Source of the DNA: Elusimicrobiota bacterium
Lineage (GTDB): Bacteria; Elusimicrobiota; Elusimicrobia; UBA1565
Direction: 5' to 3'
Assembly: GCA_043827405.1 (NCBI GenBank)
Contig: JBDRPD010000083.1
Coordinates: 32,001-96,000 of the forward strand
Length of the DNA stretch: 64,000 nt
Below are positions 27,480 to 37,193 of this stretch, in pieces (position 1 is the first letter of the stretch; each line of letters starts with the position of its first letter). Under the pieces are notes generated by a model. It ran no database searches. It was not told the DNA's origin and saw only the letters and a list, made by a program, of their open reading frames with translations. A program made the translations under genes and the position numbers.

Positions 27480-29044
27480 TGTGCCGCCCTTTGCTGCTGG
27501 TTTTTTACGAATTCGCTGCGTAAAAACTTGCGGTCTGTTTTGCCGTTGGCGTTCTTGGGCATGTTCTTCAACAAGTAAACCCGGTTCGGGACCATGTACT
27601 TCGGAACCCAGTCGGCGACTCGACGCTTGATCTCCGCCCCCGTGAAATCCTTTCGCGAGGCGATAACCGCGATGATTCTGCTGATTTCTCCGTCGATCGA
27701 ATGCAGCGCCACGGCTTCGTCGATGCCTTCCAGGCTCATTAAGGCGTGTTCGATTTCCTCGAGCTCAATGCGATGCCCTTGATGCTTGATCTGAAAATCT
27801 TTCCGTCCCACAAACCATAGCTTTTGGTCGCTTGGGTCGAGGCGAAATAAATCCCCCGTGCGGTAAAGCAGTTCTCCCTCGTGCGGGGAACGGGGGTCCG
27901 GAACAAACGCCTTCTTCGTGAGCTCCGTCTGGCCCAGGTATCCCTGTCCGACGCAGGGGCCGCCCAGGCAAAGCTCCCCGGACTCGCCCGGAGGCACCTC
28001 TTCGCTGCCGGCGAGCAGCCGGTAGTGAAAATTTCTCGTCAGCGAACCGATCGGCGGATAACCCTCAAGGTTTTCGAAGTCCTCCGGTCCGATCTGATAG
28101 CTGGAGCATATGCAGGTGCATTCGGTGGGCCCGTAAACATTAACCAACTTTGTTTGCGGCGACAGTTGGTCATACAGCTCTTTTAGCCGGGTCTTTGGGT
28201 ATCCCTCGCCGCCGAATATCACCCATCTCAGGGAGCGCAGCGCCTGCGGCTCAATGACCTTCGTGGTTTGTAGAAACATCAGCATGGAGGGTACCGAGAA
28301 GAACGTCGTGCATCGGGTCTTTTCAATGTGATCGACGATTTTTTGCGGTTCCTGGAGCCAGGCGGTTTTAAATGGGACGAGCGTGCCGCCGGAAAACAAG
28401 GTCGAATAGATGTCAAAAACAGAGTTGTCAAAATATATGGGGTTTAAATGGGTATGCGTATCCTCGGGAGTGAAGCCGTACTCGCTGACGGCCCAATCAA
28501 TAAACAAATCCAGGTTGCCGTGGCTCATGACGGCGCCTTTCGGGACTCCAGTAGAGCCCGACGTGAACATGATATAGGCCGTATTCTCGGGGTGAACAAC
28601 GGCCTGTCTTTCAGGGGCGGCCGTGGGATAGTCGCTGCAAAACGCTAGGTTGTCGTGGCTGGCGGGGCAGACGATGGTCTTATCCTTCCACTGCGGCGAT
28701 GCGAGCTCGGTGTGGGAAAAAATCAGGGCGGGGGAGCACTGGGCGAAGATCTTTTCTGTCCGCTTGAGCGGGCTGGACGGATCGATCGCGAAGTACCCGA
28801 TGCCGAGCTTAAGGCAGGCCAGGATCACGCAGTACGGTGTGGCGTCTTTGTCGAGATTGATGCAGACCCGGTCGCTTTGTCCGATCCCGTGATCCAGCAG
28901 GAACCGCGCCGCCTGGTTGGAGCGGCGGTCCAGGTCTTGATAAGACATCGCGCCATCCTCTGTGAACTGCAGGGCCGTGCGCGCGGGATGTCGCTGCGCG
29001 ACTTGCGAAAAGCGCGATCCCAGGTCTTGAGCCTGGTCCGTCAT
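27476..29044 (-). CDS. Stand-alone amino acid adenylation enzyme (DltA-like carrier-protein ligase)
   Basis: YIMFTSGSTGVPKG, NVYGPTE, GELC, YRTGD, QIKHQGHRIEL, NGKTDR. Confidence 0.9.
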   Translation of the reverse strand: MTDQAQDLGSRFSQVAQRHPARTALQFTEDGAMSYQDLDRRSNQAARFLLDHGIGQSDRVCINLDKDATPYCVILACLKLGIGYFAIDPSSPLKRTEKIFAQCSPALIFSHTELASPQWKDKTIVCPASHDNLAFCSDYPTAAPERQAVVHPENTAYIMFTSGSTGVPKGAVMSHGNLDLFIDWAVSEYGFTPEDTHTHLNPIYFDNSVFDIYSTLFSGGTLVPFKTAWLQEPQKIVDHIEKTRCTTFFSVPSMLMFLQTTKVIEPQALRSLRWVIFGGEGYPKTRLKELYDQLSPQTKLVNVYGPTECTCICSSYQIGPEDFENLEGYPPIGSLTRNFHYRLLAGSEEVPPGESGELCLGGPCVGQGYLGQTELTKKAFVPDPRSPHEGELLYRTGDLFRLDPSDQKLWFVGRKDFQIKHQGHRIELEEIEHALMSLEGIDEAVALHSIDGEISRIIAVIASRKDFTGAEIKRRVADWVPKYMVPNRVYLLKNMPKNANGKTDRKFLRSEFVKNQQQRAAQ

Positions 29045-29788
29045 TTAGATTCTCAGGCCGCCGTCCAGATTTAATACCGCTCCCGTATAGAATTCGTTGT
29101 CGAATACGAACTGAATGGCGTGGTTCAGGTCGTCAACCGTCCCCAACCGCTTGAGCGGCGTGCTCCTCCGGATGCGCATCAGGCGGTCCTCGCGGACCGC
29201 TTGCAAGGTCGAGGGGGTGTCAAGAAAGCCGGGCGCGATCGAGACCACGCGAATGCCTAGCGGTCCCAGTTCTTTGGCGAGGGCCATGGTCAGTCCGTTG
29301 AGTCCGGCCTTGGCGGCCGAATAGGCGGCTTGCCCGGGGTTCCCTTGGGCGCAGATCGAGCTGATGTTTATGATCGTCCCTTTGATCCCGTCCGGCACAA
29401 GGTGTTTTACGCAGGCCGCGGACACGTAAAAAGCTGAGCTTAATGATACCGACAATACCCGGTTCCATTCCTCGAATCCATGGCATGTGATCTGCCCGTC
29501 CTCAAATTTAACCAGCGGGCTGTTGAAGATTAGACCGACATTATTGATCACATGGGTGACCGGACCATCGTCTTTGATGTGCGCGTCGATCACCCCGGCC
29601 GCGGCTTCGCCGTCGCTCAAGTCGCATTGGGCGTATGTGAAGTGGTCGTTTTTCGCACAGGCTTCCGGAGCGCGGTCCGTGATATCCATTCCGAAAACCC
29701 GGCATTCCTTGGCCAGGAAGTACTCCGCGACCTTTGAGCCGATTGCACCGCTAACGCCGGTGATCAGTATTTGCCTGTCAGCGCTCAT
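29045..29788 (-). CDS. SDR oxidoreductase (FabG-like 3-oxoacyl-ACP reductase)
   Basis: TGVSGAIG, NNVG, YSAAK, IAPGF, LDGG. Confidence 0.85.
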   Translation of the reverse strand: MSADRQILITGVSGAIGSKVAEYFLAKECRVFGMDITDRAPEACAKNDHFTYAQCDLSDGEAAAGVIDAHIKDDGPVTHVINNVGLIFNSPLVKFEDGQITCHGFEEWNRVLSVSLSSAFYVSAACVKHLVPDGIKGTIINISSICAQGNPGQAAYSAAKAGLNGLTMALAKELGPLGIRVVSIAPGFLDTPSTLQAVREDRLMRIRRSTPLKRLGTVDDLNHAIQFVFDNEFYTGAVLNLDGGLRI

Positions 29789-30018
29789 CGTCCCACTCCA
29801 TGTTCCGCTAAAACTTTTACGATCCCCGAGAACGTCAGAAGCTGCGCGATTTGCTCTTTGCTGAATGTCAGACTGAACTCTGACTGCAGGGCTCCGACTA
29901 GCTTGACGTACATGATCGAATCCCAGAATTCCAGGCTCCTAAAATTGTCGGCTTCCCGGATGCTGTCTATGTTCTCGTCTAGTACGCGCTCTAGAATTTC
30001 TTTTAGTTTTTCGTTCAT
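29785..30018 (-). CDS. Acyl/aminoacyl carrier protein
   Basis: 77 aa with WDSI phosphopantetheine-site motif; next to the SDR and adenylation enzyme. Confidence 0.8.
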   Translation of the reverse strand: MNEKLKEILERVLDENIDSIREADNFRSLEFWDSIMYVKLVGALQSEFSLTFSKEQIAQLLTFSGIVKVLAEHGVGR

Positions 30019-30067
30019 GTTCGCGATTCCTGTTAAAAGCTTTAGTGGTTTTTAAAAATTTATCAGT

Positions 30068-31069
30068 CTAAATCAAGTCCCAGGTGATGGGGGTGTCGGC
30101 CTTTATGTCGCCCTTAGTCTCACGGCCCAGGACCATCTCGTAATGCTCAGGCATAATTCCAAAGGCCTCTCTTTTAACGGTGATCAGGTCTTTGGTTAGT
30201 TCCGTTCCCTTCGGGATATCCTGTGCCGCAAACAAGCGCACAATGCGTTCGGTATCTTCCGCGCCTTTGACCGCTGTTTTTATCGGCGAGCCCAGGCATT
30301 TTTCCACCTCTCGAATACTCTTTACCATCTGCTTTAATTCATCCGGCTCGAGGGCGAAGGCATGGTCCAGCCCCTCTAAGGCATGTGACAGCGTAAAGTG
30401 CTTCTCGATGACGCAGGCGCCCCGGGCCGCGGCGGCTATCGGAATGGCGATCCCCAATGAGTGGTCCGAAAACCCAACCGGGACTTGGAAGGCGGTTCTC
30501 ATCGTTTCCATCATTCGCAGGTGCGTGTCCTCCGGCTTGGTGGGATAGGACGAGACGCAGTGAAGCAAAATGAGGTTCTCATTATTGGCGCTCTGGACGG
30601 CATCGACAGCCCTTTGCACATCGGCCAAATCGCAGACCCCCGTAGACATAATCATGGGGCGTTTTTTCGCAGCAGCATACTTAATGAGTGGGATATCGAA
30701 TATCTCTGATGACGCCCATTTGTACACCGGCGTATCATATCGCTCCAGCAGGTCTACGGCTTCTTTATCAAAGGGCGCTGCAAAAAGAATAATTTTCCGC
30801 TTTCTGGCATGTTCGAGAAGCTGGTCCATCCAGCCCCGATTTGTCTCTAAAGATTTTAGTATGGGGTAGGCTTTGCTGCTCTTCGGCCATAGGCCTGAAC
30901 CATAATATAGTTGAAGCTTAACCGCGTCCGCGCCGCTTTCGGCTGCGATATCGATTAGCTCCAGGGCTTGTGATAGCTTGCCGTCGTGGTTGGCTCCCAG
31001 TTCTGCGATAATAAATACGGGTTCGCCATCTCCCACGAGTCGATTGCCAATTTTGACTTTTCTGTTCAT
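30068..31069 (-). CDS. Nonulosonic acid synthase (NeuB/PseI family) with SAF domain
   Basis: IIAELGANHDG, DAVKLQ, LHCVSSYP, GFSDHS, IEKHFT. Confidence 0.93.
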   Translation of the reverse strand: MNRKVKIGNRLVGDGEPVFIIAELGANHDGKLSQALELIDIAAESGADAVKLQLYYGSGLWPKSSKAYPILKSLETNRGWMDQLLEHARKRKIILFAAPFDKEAVDLLERYDTPVYKWASSEIFDIPLIKYAAAKKRPMIMSTGVCDLADVQRAVDAVQSANNENLILLHCVSSYPTKPEDTHLRMMETMRTAFQVPVGFSDHSLGIAIPIAAAARGACVIEKHFTLSHALEGLDHAFALEPDELKQMVKSIREVEKCLGSPIKTAVKGAEDTERIVRLFAAQDIPKGTELTKDLITVKREAFGIMPEHYEMVLGRETKGDIKADTPITWDLI

Positions 31070-32133
31070 AGCAGGTTTGTTTTTTTTAGTTCGCTGATAA
31101 TCCGTTCAGCGCCCCGGCCGTCGATCAATCTCCTTCCAGTAGTAGACATATCTCTTCTTTGCGTGTAATCCCCCAGGATGTCATTGATTCCCTTTGCCAA
31201 GTAATCCTGATGAGTGTCGTCTGGGATGCTTAGGTGTTTCGAAGTGCCAGCCTGGATGAAAGGATCATTATTATATTTCTTTAAGTCATCACGCGTGAGG
31301 CATATGCTGGGTGTTCCGGCTAATGCGGCCTCGTAGCGCGTCAGGCCGATTGCCGTTATCGCCAGGTCCGCCCACAATAGCAAGTTAGGAACGTCGGCAG
31401 TTGCGCACAGCTCAACGGCCGGCGTCGAATCCTTCGCCATGCGTGCGAGCGTGCTTTTTAGATCGTTAGAAAAACACGCCCCAACCGCCACCTTGATCGT
31501 CGTGTCTGTAAGCGCGAGCGCTTCAAGTGCGTCGATTGCGTCGACCGTCAAGCCGGTCGGGTCGCTGCCTCCGAGTGAGATAAATATCTTTCTTACGGTT
31601 TCGGCGATCGGCCGCTCTCTGCTGCCGCGCGCGGCCTGCTCCGGTCCACAGATAAAGTAATCCGCGCCAAGCATGTATCGTGTGTCCGCGAACCGGCGGT
31701 AGTCGATCTTTTCCGCCCCGAAATAAGGCACGATCTGCGCGGCGACGGGAACGTCGACCTTGTCGAAGTCGTCGATGACGACTGTTTTTGGGCCGGCGTT
31801 CTGGAGTAGGGAAAAATATCTTTCGAACTGCGCTTTGCGCTTGATGTTGTCGACGGTGCCTAGGTCAGTCAGTACAAATTTTGCCGCACTGCGTTTCGCG
31901 GCCGCGGCGGTGAAGGCTGCATCATGGTCGAAATCCGCCGTCTTGTCGAGCGGGAAGACCGCAAACCCCCGCGTTTGGATAAGGTCCATGATGGCCTGGT
32001 TTGGATCGCGGACAATAAATTGGGCCTGAACGTCGTGATCTCGAAGCGTCGCGGCGAACGCCAGACAGCGCATGATGTGCCCCATCCCGATTCGAGGCGA
32101 CCCGTCCGCCCGGATCAAAACCTTATCCGGCAT
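31066..32133 (-). CDS. PseG/SpsG-like UDP-sugar hydrolase
   Basis: RADGSPRIGMGHIMRC, IDD, LGGSDP, IDGRGAERI. Confidence 0.85.
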   Translation of the reverse strand: MPDKVLIRADGSPRIGMGHIMRCLAFAATLRDHDVQAQFIVRDPNQAIMDLIQTRGFAVFPLDKTADFDHDAAFTAAAAKRSAAKFVLTDLGTVDNIKRKAQFERYFSLLQNAGPKTVVIDDFDKVDVPVAAQIVPYFGAEKIDYRRFADTRYMLGADYFICGPEQAARGSRERPIAETVRKIFISLGGSDPTGLTVDAIDALEALALTDTTIKVAVGACFSNDLKSTLARMAKDSTPAVELCATADVPNLLLWADLAITAIGLTRYEAALAGTPSICLTRDDLKKYNNDPFIQAGTSKHLSIPDDTHQDYLAKGINDILGDYTQRRDMSTTGRRLIDGRGAERIISELKKTNLL

Positions 32134-32833
32134 CAAGCTCTTTTTTCGCTCGCTGTCCGAGATACAGCGTTCGCGCGAACTCAAGGTCCTCGGGATTATC
32201 GATGTCGACCGCCTTGTGCGGCGCGATTTCGTAAGAGGTGAATTTCACTTCCTGATTTTCGGCGGGGGCCAATAGGTGGTGCGCGGCAAAATACGAAAAT
32301 GGCCCGGCCTCGTAATACGCGGGCTGCAGGTCCTGTGAGCGGATTTTTAAGGCCGCGGGCGAAGCGGGGGTCAACGTCCCGGCGGCGTCGCGGCGAAACG
32401 CCCACTCGGCGGGCACCGGCAGCCTGGCCACGACGAGCAGCGGGTGTTTCCTCCCTTGGTCCAGGAAAGCCTGATACCCGGCCTTCAGGTCCTCCGCTTC
32501 GAGCAGCGGCGCCGCCGGCATGATGCAGGCGACGTCCTCGTACTCCAGGCCGTCTTTGCGATAGCGCTCCAGGACCCAGCTGAGAACGGGCGCAAGTCCA
32601 GTGTGGTTGTCGGCCAGTTCGTCGGGGCGCTTGAAGTCGATCGCGAAGCCGAGTTTCTTCGCTGCTTCCGCGATCTCATCGGAGTCCGTCGAGACGTGGA
32701 TCTTGTCGAACAGCGCGGATTGCTCGGCCGCCTCAAGCGCATAGGCGATAATGGGTCGGCCTAGAAAATCAACGATATTCTTGCTTTTGATTCGCTGGCT
32801 TCCGCCCCGTGCCGGTATGATCGCTATTTTCAT
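32123..32833 (-). CDS. CMP-nonulosonate synthetase (PseF/NeuA family)
   Basis: IPARGGSQRIKSKN, VSTDS, RSQDL, DIDNPED. Confidence 0.92.
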   Translation of the reverse strand: MKIAIIPARGGSQRIKSKNIVDFLGRPIIAYALEAAEQSALFDKIHVSTDSDEIAEAAKKLGFAIDFKRPDELADNHTGLAPVLSWVLERYRKDGLEYEDVACIMPAAPLLEAEDLKAGYQAFLDQGRKHPLLVVARLPVPAEWAFRRDAAGTLTPASPAALKIRSQDLQPAYYEAGPFSYFAAHHLLAPAENQEVKFTSYEIAPHKAVDIDNPEDLEFARTLYLGQRAKKELDAG

Positions 32834-32837
32834 CTGT

Positions 32838-33758
32838 TTATTCCTCTACCGCTATGCCGATGCCGTTCTGGCCGTAATTGTTGCCGTTGTAGAACATATA
32901 CCGGCCGCCTTGGTGCTCAATGACGGCGGCGTAGGCGATCATCTCCGAATCCCAGCCGGCTGCGGATACGTCGATTCCCGCCAACTCGTCCATGCGGTTC
33001 CAAGCGATCCCGTCCGGAGACTCGGCGTAGCCGATGCGGTAGCTCGGGCCGCGGTACGAATACCACATTTTATACACGCCGTTTTCAACTACGATCCATG
33101 GTCGTGAAATGGCATACTCGTCGTCGTTGAGAAAATCGATTGCGACTCTCCCCCGCCGGTCCCAGCAAACGCCGTCCGTCGACTCCGCGTACTTGAGGTG
33201 GTATCGGGGCAGGGGATTCCCATCCACGATGCGCCAGGCGGTATTCGAGGTATACCACATCCTCCAGATTCCATTTTCCACGATTACTGCCGCCGAGGCC
33301 GTGAATAGCGGGTCGATATCAGTGCGTGTTAAGAGCGGCGCGCTGGACAGCTTCTTGAAGGTCTTCCCGTTGTCCTCACTGACCGCCGCGCCAAGTGAAG
33401 AGTAAAAGGGCACTCGTTTTCCCTGCATCCAACCGCTGTAATAAAGGTACTTTTTCCCGGCGTGATTCAGGATCCAGCTGGGGATAATTCCGCTATCGTC
33501 GAATGTCCCGAGGGCGCCAAGGGATAAAACGGGCTCGGCAGTAAAGTCCAGTATCTCTTTCGGCTTATCGATATGAAAGGTGTAGGCTCCTGGCTGGCTC
33601 ATATTGGCTTCGTTCCTGCCGGAAAAATACATGCGGTAGTGTCCCCGGTCATCCAGAGATTCCACGACGGGAACCCAGGCATAGGATTTGATCCAGTCGA
33701 CACGGCCTGCGGGCTCAAAAATCAAGCCCTTTTTGCGCCATTTAGGGGGTTTGCTCAT
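32838..33758 (-). CDS. Five-bladed beta-propeller glycosidase-like protein
   Basis: Asp-box-like SEDNGKTF, STDGVCW, SPDGIAW; C-terminal YNGNNYG. Confidence 0.7.
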   Translation of the reverse strand: MSKPPKWRKKGLIFEPAGRVDWIKSYAWVPVVESLDDRGHYRMYFSGRNEANMSQPGAYTFHIDKPKEILDFTAEPVLSLGALGTFDDSGIIPSWILNHAGKKYLYYSGWMQGKRVPFYSSLGAAVSEDNGKTFKKLSSAPLLTRTDIDPLFTASAAVIVENGIWRMWYTSNTAWRIVDGNPLPRYHLKYAESTDGVCWDRRGRVAIDFLNDDEYAISRPWIVVENGVYKMWYSYRGPSYRIGYAESPDGIAWNRMDELAGIDVSAAGWDSEMIAYAAVIEHQGGRYMFYNGNNYGQNGIGIAVEE

Positions 33759-34455
33759 TAGTCCGCCGCCCCGAGCGAATAATCGCCAGGCTTTCCTCCC
33801 CATGGTTGAATAGTAAATCGACCACAGACAAATAGGGAATAAATTCTCCGTGAAGCTGCGTGTATTTGGGATGCTGGTAATAATGATACTCGAGCGTTAT
33901 TTCGTGGTCCCTGAACAAAGCTCCTTCGCCGATATATTCTTTCGACCTCACGGGGCTTAGATAGCGTCGGGCTCCAACCTTCCTGCAGATTTCTACCAGA
34001 AGTTCAGTTTTTGCGCCGTTCGCTTCTAATGCGGAGCTCCTTACCATCTCTGTGCCGACGCCGAGAGATTCTTTAATAATGGAAATTAGGTCGATGGTTA
34101 AGTCGGCGAGCAAGACGTGCTGCTTATTGTATGCCGAAGCAAAGCGGTCTGCGTACTGTCTGAAGTGCCGGGATTTGGCATAGCTCATTTCGAGCGCTTT
34201 TAAATGCTCTTCGCGAAATTTCGCGGTGGGATCAATTCTCGCGTCCCGGATGGTTTGATCTCGTCGCCCTTTTGTCAGAACGGGGATCGTGAGCCTCTGC
34301 TCGCCACGGCAATTTTTGATTCGGTTGCGCTGCTGCCAGGAGCGTTTGTCAAACTGTACGGAATCCAATAGGACGAACACATCTGCCTGGTCCATTAGGT
34401 CGAAATATCCCAGCCAGGGAAGGTAGGTCGGCTGCATAATAACGGCTGTTTTCAT
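33742..34455 (-). CDS. WbqC family protein
   Basis: MQPTYLPWLGYF, WQQRNRI, LTIPV, LSVVDLLFN. Confidence 0.9.
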   Translation of the reverse strand: MKTAVIMQPTYLPWLGYFDLMDQADVFVLLDSVQFDKRSWQQRNRIKNCRGEQRLTIPVLTKGRRDQTIRDARIDPTAKFREEHLKALEMSYAKSRHFRQYADRFASAYNKQHVLLADLTIDLISIIKESLGVGTEMVRSSALEANGAKTELLVEICRKVGARRYLSPVRSKEYIGEGALFRDHEITLEYHYYQHPKYTQLHGEFIPYLSVVDLLFNHGEESLAIIRSGRRTNEQTP

Positions 34456-34474
34456 GACGGGTTCGGCGTCGCTC

Positions 34475-35101
34475 TCATTTGTATACGTAGACCGTGTATT
34501 CGTACAGCCCGTAATCATGTCGAATGACAAAATTTCTGCTGATGCTTTCACGCAAAAAATCCGTTAGTTTATTAAAGGGGAGATAGAAGTTCCCCGGGTT
34601 TTCCCAGTCCACGAATGGGGACATAACGTTAAAGGCGAGTCCCTTTCGGGTTTTGCTGAATAAGCGCTCCACAGAGTCCTTCATGAACTCGAGCATATCG
34701 TCAAGGCTGAGTTCCCGTTTTTGCGTAAACACCCCATTCGCGACGATGTAATCGAAGAGGGGAAGCTCATCCGTCCCATCCATGATATCCAGTTGATAAA
34801 AATTTTCGTCGGGATATTTTTCTTTTGCCAGCAGCAGAAGGCTCTCCGAGATATCAAGACCGGAGTACTTAATCGATCGGCCGGCATGCTTTTTGACGTA
34901 TCCGCACAAATGGCCTGTGCCGCAGCCAAAATCTAGAAGTGTCTTCGGGTCGCCGTTCCGCGAATTAATAACTTCAAGCATGATTTTGAAGCGGAGCTCG
35001 GCGTCGTCGGCGTCGGGCCATCCTGCGCCTAAATAAGTGTCGCCGTTTTTCTCGAGACAGGACTCATAGTGTCTGGCTAATTTTAAGTATTTTTTTTTCA
35101 T
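34475..35101 (-). CDS. Class I SAM-dependent methyltransferase
   Basis: LLDFGCGTG, YSGLDIS, AFNVMS, RHDYGLYEY. Confidence 0.88.
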   Translation of the reverse strand: MKKKYLKLARHYESCLEKNGDTYLGAGWPDADDAELRFKIMLEVINSRNGDPKTLLDFGCGTGHLCGYVKKHAGRSIKYSGLDISESLLLLAKEKYPDENFYQLDIMDGTDELPLFDYIVANGVFTQKRELSLDDMLEFMKDSVERLFSKTRKGLAFNVMSPFVDWENPGNFYLPFNKLTDFLRESISRNFVIRHDYGLYEYTVYVYK

Positions 35102-35104
35102 GCC

Positions 35105-36415
35105 CTAGTTGAGCCGCTTGAAGCCGGAATGGCAAACGGGGCCGTTAAGAGAGCTTTTAAGGGAGCCTTTTGCTTTTAATTCTCGAATCAAAGAAAAGAC
35201 TTCATCCGCATTTTTCAAATAGTCTTTGACGAGGTCCTCCGTGTGCGCATAGGACACGAAAATCACATTGGATGCGAGAAACCCCCGCTTCAGCATTTCC
35301 TGCGTAAAACAAGTCTTTATCTCCAGGGCATCATCACCCCGAATCGCCATCACGATAATGGTGGGGAGGCCCAGGAGTTCGATGTCCAGGTCGTGCTTCT
35401 GGAAAATCTTCTCCAGCTCCGATCTGAGAATTCCCCCCGTGTTTTTAATGGCTTCGATGACGTTGTGTTTTTCAAAAAACTTAATCGTTTCAAGTGCGGC
35501 GACAAAGCCGCTTCTCTCTGTCCAGTAGGTGCTGCTGATGAAAGTGGACTGGGCCGCATTCATTACGTCTCGCTTTCCCAAAACAGCCGAAATGGCGTAC
35601 CCATTGCCCAGCGCCTTCCCGAGGACGACGATGTCGGGCTCGATGCCGTAGAGCATATGCATGCCGCCGATATTCAAGCGGAAGCCGGAAGAAACCTCGT
35701 CGATAATTAGGACCGCGCCGATTTCCCTGGCCGTTTTTTGGACCAGCTTGATGAAATCAAGGTCCACCTTTTTCTGCTTGGCGAATTCCATGATGATGAC
35801 GCCCAGCTCGTTCCGGTTCGCCTCCACCAAAGCCAGGAAGGCCGCGGAATTCCCGTATTCGAAGGGAAGCGAGGAGCCCCGGAGTTGCGACGGAACGCCT
35901 TTGGGCTCAAGCCCCGGCAGGAGCATCCCATCGAGATTGTTGCCGTCGGCGAGGTTGGACGCCAGATACCAATCGTGCCAACCGTGGTAGCCGCAAAAGG
36001 CCACTTTGGATTTTCCGGAAAAGGCACGTCCGATGCGGACGGCGATGGTGCAGGCCTCTCCCCCGGTGCGCGAGTAGCGTGCCATATCGGCCCAGGGGTG
36101 AAGCGCTAGCAGCTTTTCCGTCAACTCGACCTCTTCCGGGCAGTTAAGGGTCGAAACAACGCTGTTCTCAACGGCGCGAATTACGGCGGCGTTGACCTGG
36201 TCGTTAGCGTATCCCAGAACGGATGTTCCGATCCCCATGATGCTCATGTCGATAAATTCATTGCCGTCCAAGTCCCAGATTCGCGCGCCCTTTGCTTTTT
36301 GATAGTAGGCAGGCCATTGATCGGGCAGAAACATCTCCGCGCGCTTGGACAGCAGCTGGTTCCCGCCGGGAATAATTCTCTTCGCTTTGTTCCACAGGTC
36401 CGTTCCTTTTGACAT
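35105..36415 (-). CDS. Class III PLP aminotransferase (GSA-aminomutase-like, glycan-cluster type)
   Basis: IPGGNQLLSKR, GYHGWHDW, IIDEVSSGFR, GKALGNG. Confidence 0.88.
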   Translation of the reverse strand: MSKGTDLWNKAKRIIPGGNQLLSKRAEMFLPDQWPAYYQKAKGARIWDLDGNEFIDMSIMGIGTSVLGYANDQVNAAVIRAVENSVVSTLNCPEEVELTEKLLALHPWADMARYSRTGGEACTIAVRIGRAFSGKSKVAFCGYHGWHDWYLASNLADGNNLDGMLLPGLEPKGVPSQLRGSSLPFEYGNSAAFLALVEANRNELGVIIMEFAKQKKVDLDFIKLVQKTAREIGAVLIIDEVSSGFRLNIGGMHMLYGIEPDIVVLGKALGNGYAISAVLGKRDVMNAAQSTFISSTYWTERSGFVAALETIKFFEKHNVIEAIKNTGGILRSELEKIFQKHDLDIELLGLPTIIVMAIRGDDALEIKTCFTQEMLKRGFLASNVIFVSYAHTEDLVKDYLKNADEVFSLIRELKAKGSLKSSLNGPVCHSGFKRLN

Positions 36416-36510
36416 CTTTATGCTTCCTCTCTTGGGCGGCGATTCTCTAGCGCGGTTCGGGATATGAACCTTAAGCAGGGCGTATTCCAAATATTATCAA
36501 AGTAATAGGT

Positions 36511-36525
36511 CCTCCGCGCCGGAGG
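36511..36525 (-). terminator. Possible terminator hairpin after the rSAM-GT2 pair
   Basis: CCTCCG-CGC-CGGAGG just past the stop at 36534; U-tract is weak. Confidence 0.3.
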
Positions 36526-36533
36526 CCGCGCCG

Positions 36534-37193
36534 TCAATTCAGATCCAATCCGCGCTCGTAGCGCCGATTCATGGCGCGGTCGGAGCGCCCCATGCGGTAC
36601 TCCAGCTTCAGCCGCTGGTTCATTAGAGACTGCCTCCATATTCCGTTTTTGCGGAAGCGGACGGAGGAGGTGGTGGAGAGGAAGGGCAGAATCCGCGGGG
36701 GGCCGCTCTCGCGAAGGATCATCGATAACTCGGTGTCCTCGAAAATCTCAACCGGGGGGATGGGCCGGACGAGAAGCTCGCGGCGGAAGAATATGCAGTG
36801 GTCCAGATACACGATGCCGCGCCGCTGCGCGCGGATGCGGTTGGAGTACCAACTGGTGAGCCGCAGGAGGGGATGACTGGAGTCGAAGGCATGGGTGAAC
36901 CCGCCCCAGGAGACGTCGCCGGCGTTGGCGGAGAGCCAACGCAGCCCTGTGGCGTCGATGAGGCTGCGCGGGTGATGGAGCAGAATAAGGGAGTGCGAGG
37001 CGGCCTCGATGCCGGCCTGCAGCTTCACCGCGCGGGAGGCGGCGGCGAGGCGGACGGCGCGGATGCCATCCTGGGCCGGAGGCGTCCCGACGCAGAGAAC
37101 CTCGAGGCCGGCGATAGCTCGCAGCCGGTCGAATATGCGGGGAAGCCAGGCGTCTCCGGCGCCGCCGGCGGCGGGAATGACGACGGAGATCAT
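36534..37193 (-). CDS. Family 2 glycosyltransferase-like protein (resembles radical-SAM-associated transferases)
   Basis: MISVVIP, SRAVKLQAG, WGGF, YLDHCIF, IFEDTELS, TTSSVRF; ATGA coupling to the rSAM gene. Confidence 0.7.
   Translation of the reverse strand: MISVVIPAAGGAGDAWLPRIFDRLRAIAGLEVLCVGTPPAQDGIRAVRLAAASRAVKLQAGIEAASHSLILLHHPRSLIDATGLRWLSANAGDVSWGGFTHAFDSSHPLLRLTSWYSNRIRAQRRGIVYLDHCIFFRRELLVRPIPPVEIFEDTELSMILRESGPPRILPFLSTTSSVRFRKNGIWRQSLMNQRLKLEYRMGRSDRAMNRRYERGLDLN

Noticed and set aside
27476..30018. NRPS/PKS secondary-metabolite cluster
   Set aside because: There is no condensation, ketosynthase or thioesterase domain, and the context is nonulosonate biosynthesis.
37190..37192. 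Possible selenocysteine read-through at the rSAM TGA
   Set aside because: The C-terminal motif already has Cys (GGASC), and the TGA is part of an ATGA coupling to the next gene.
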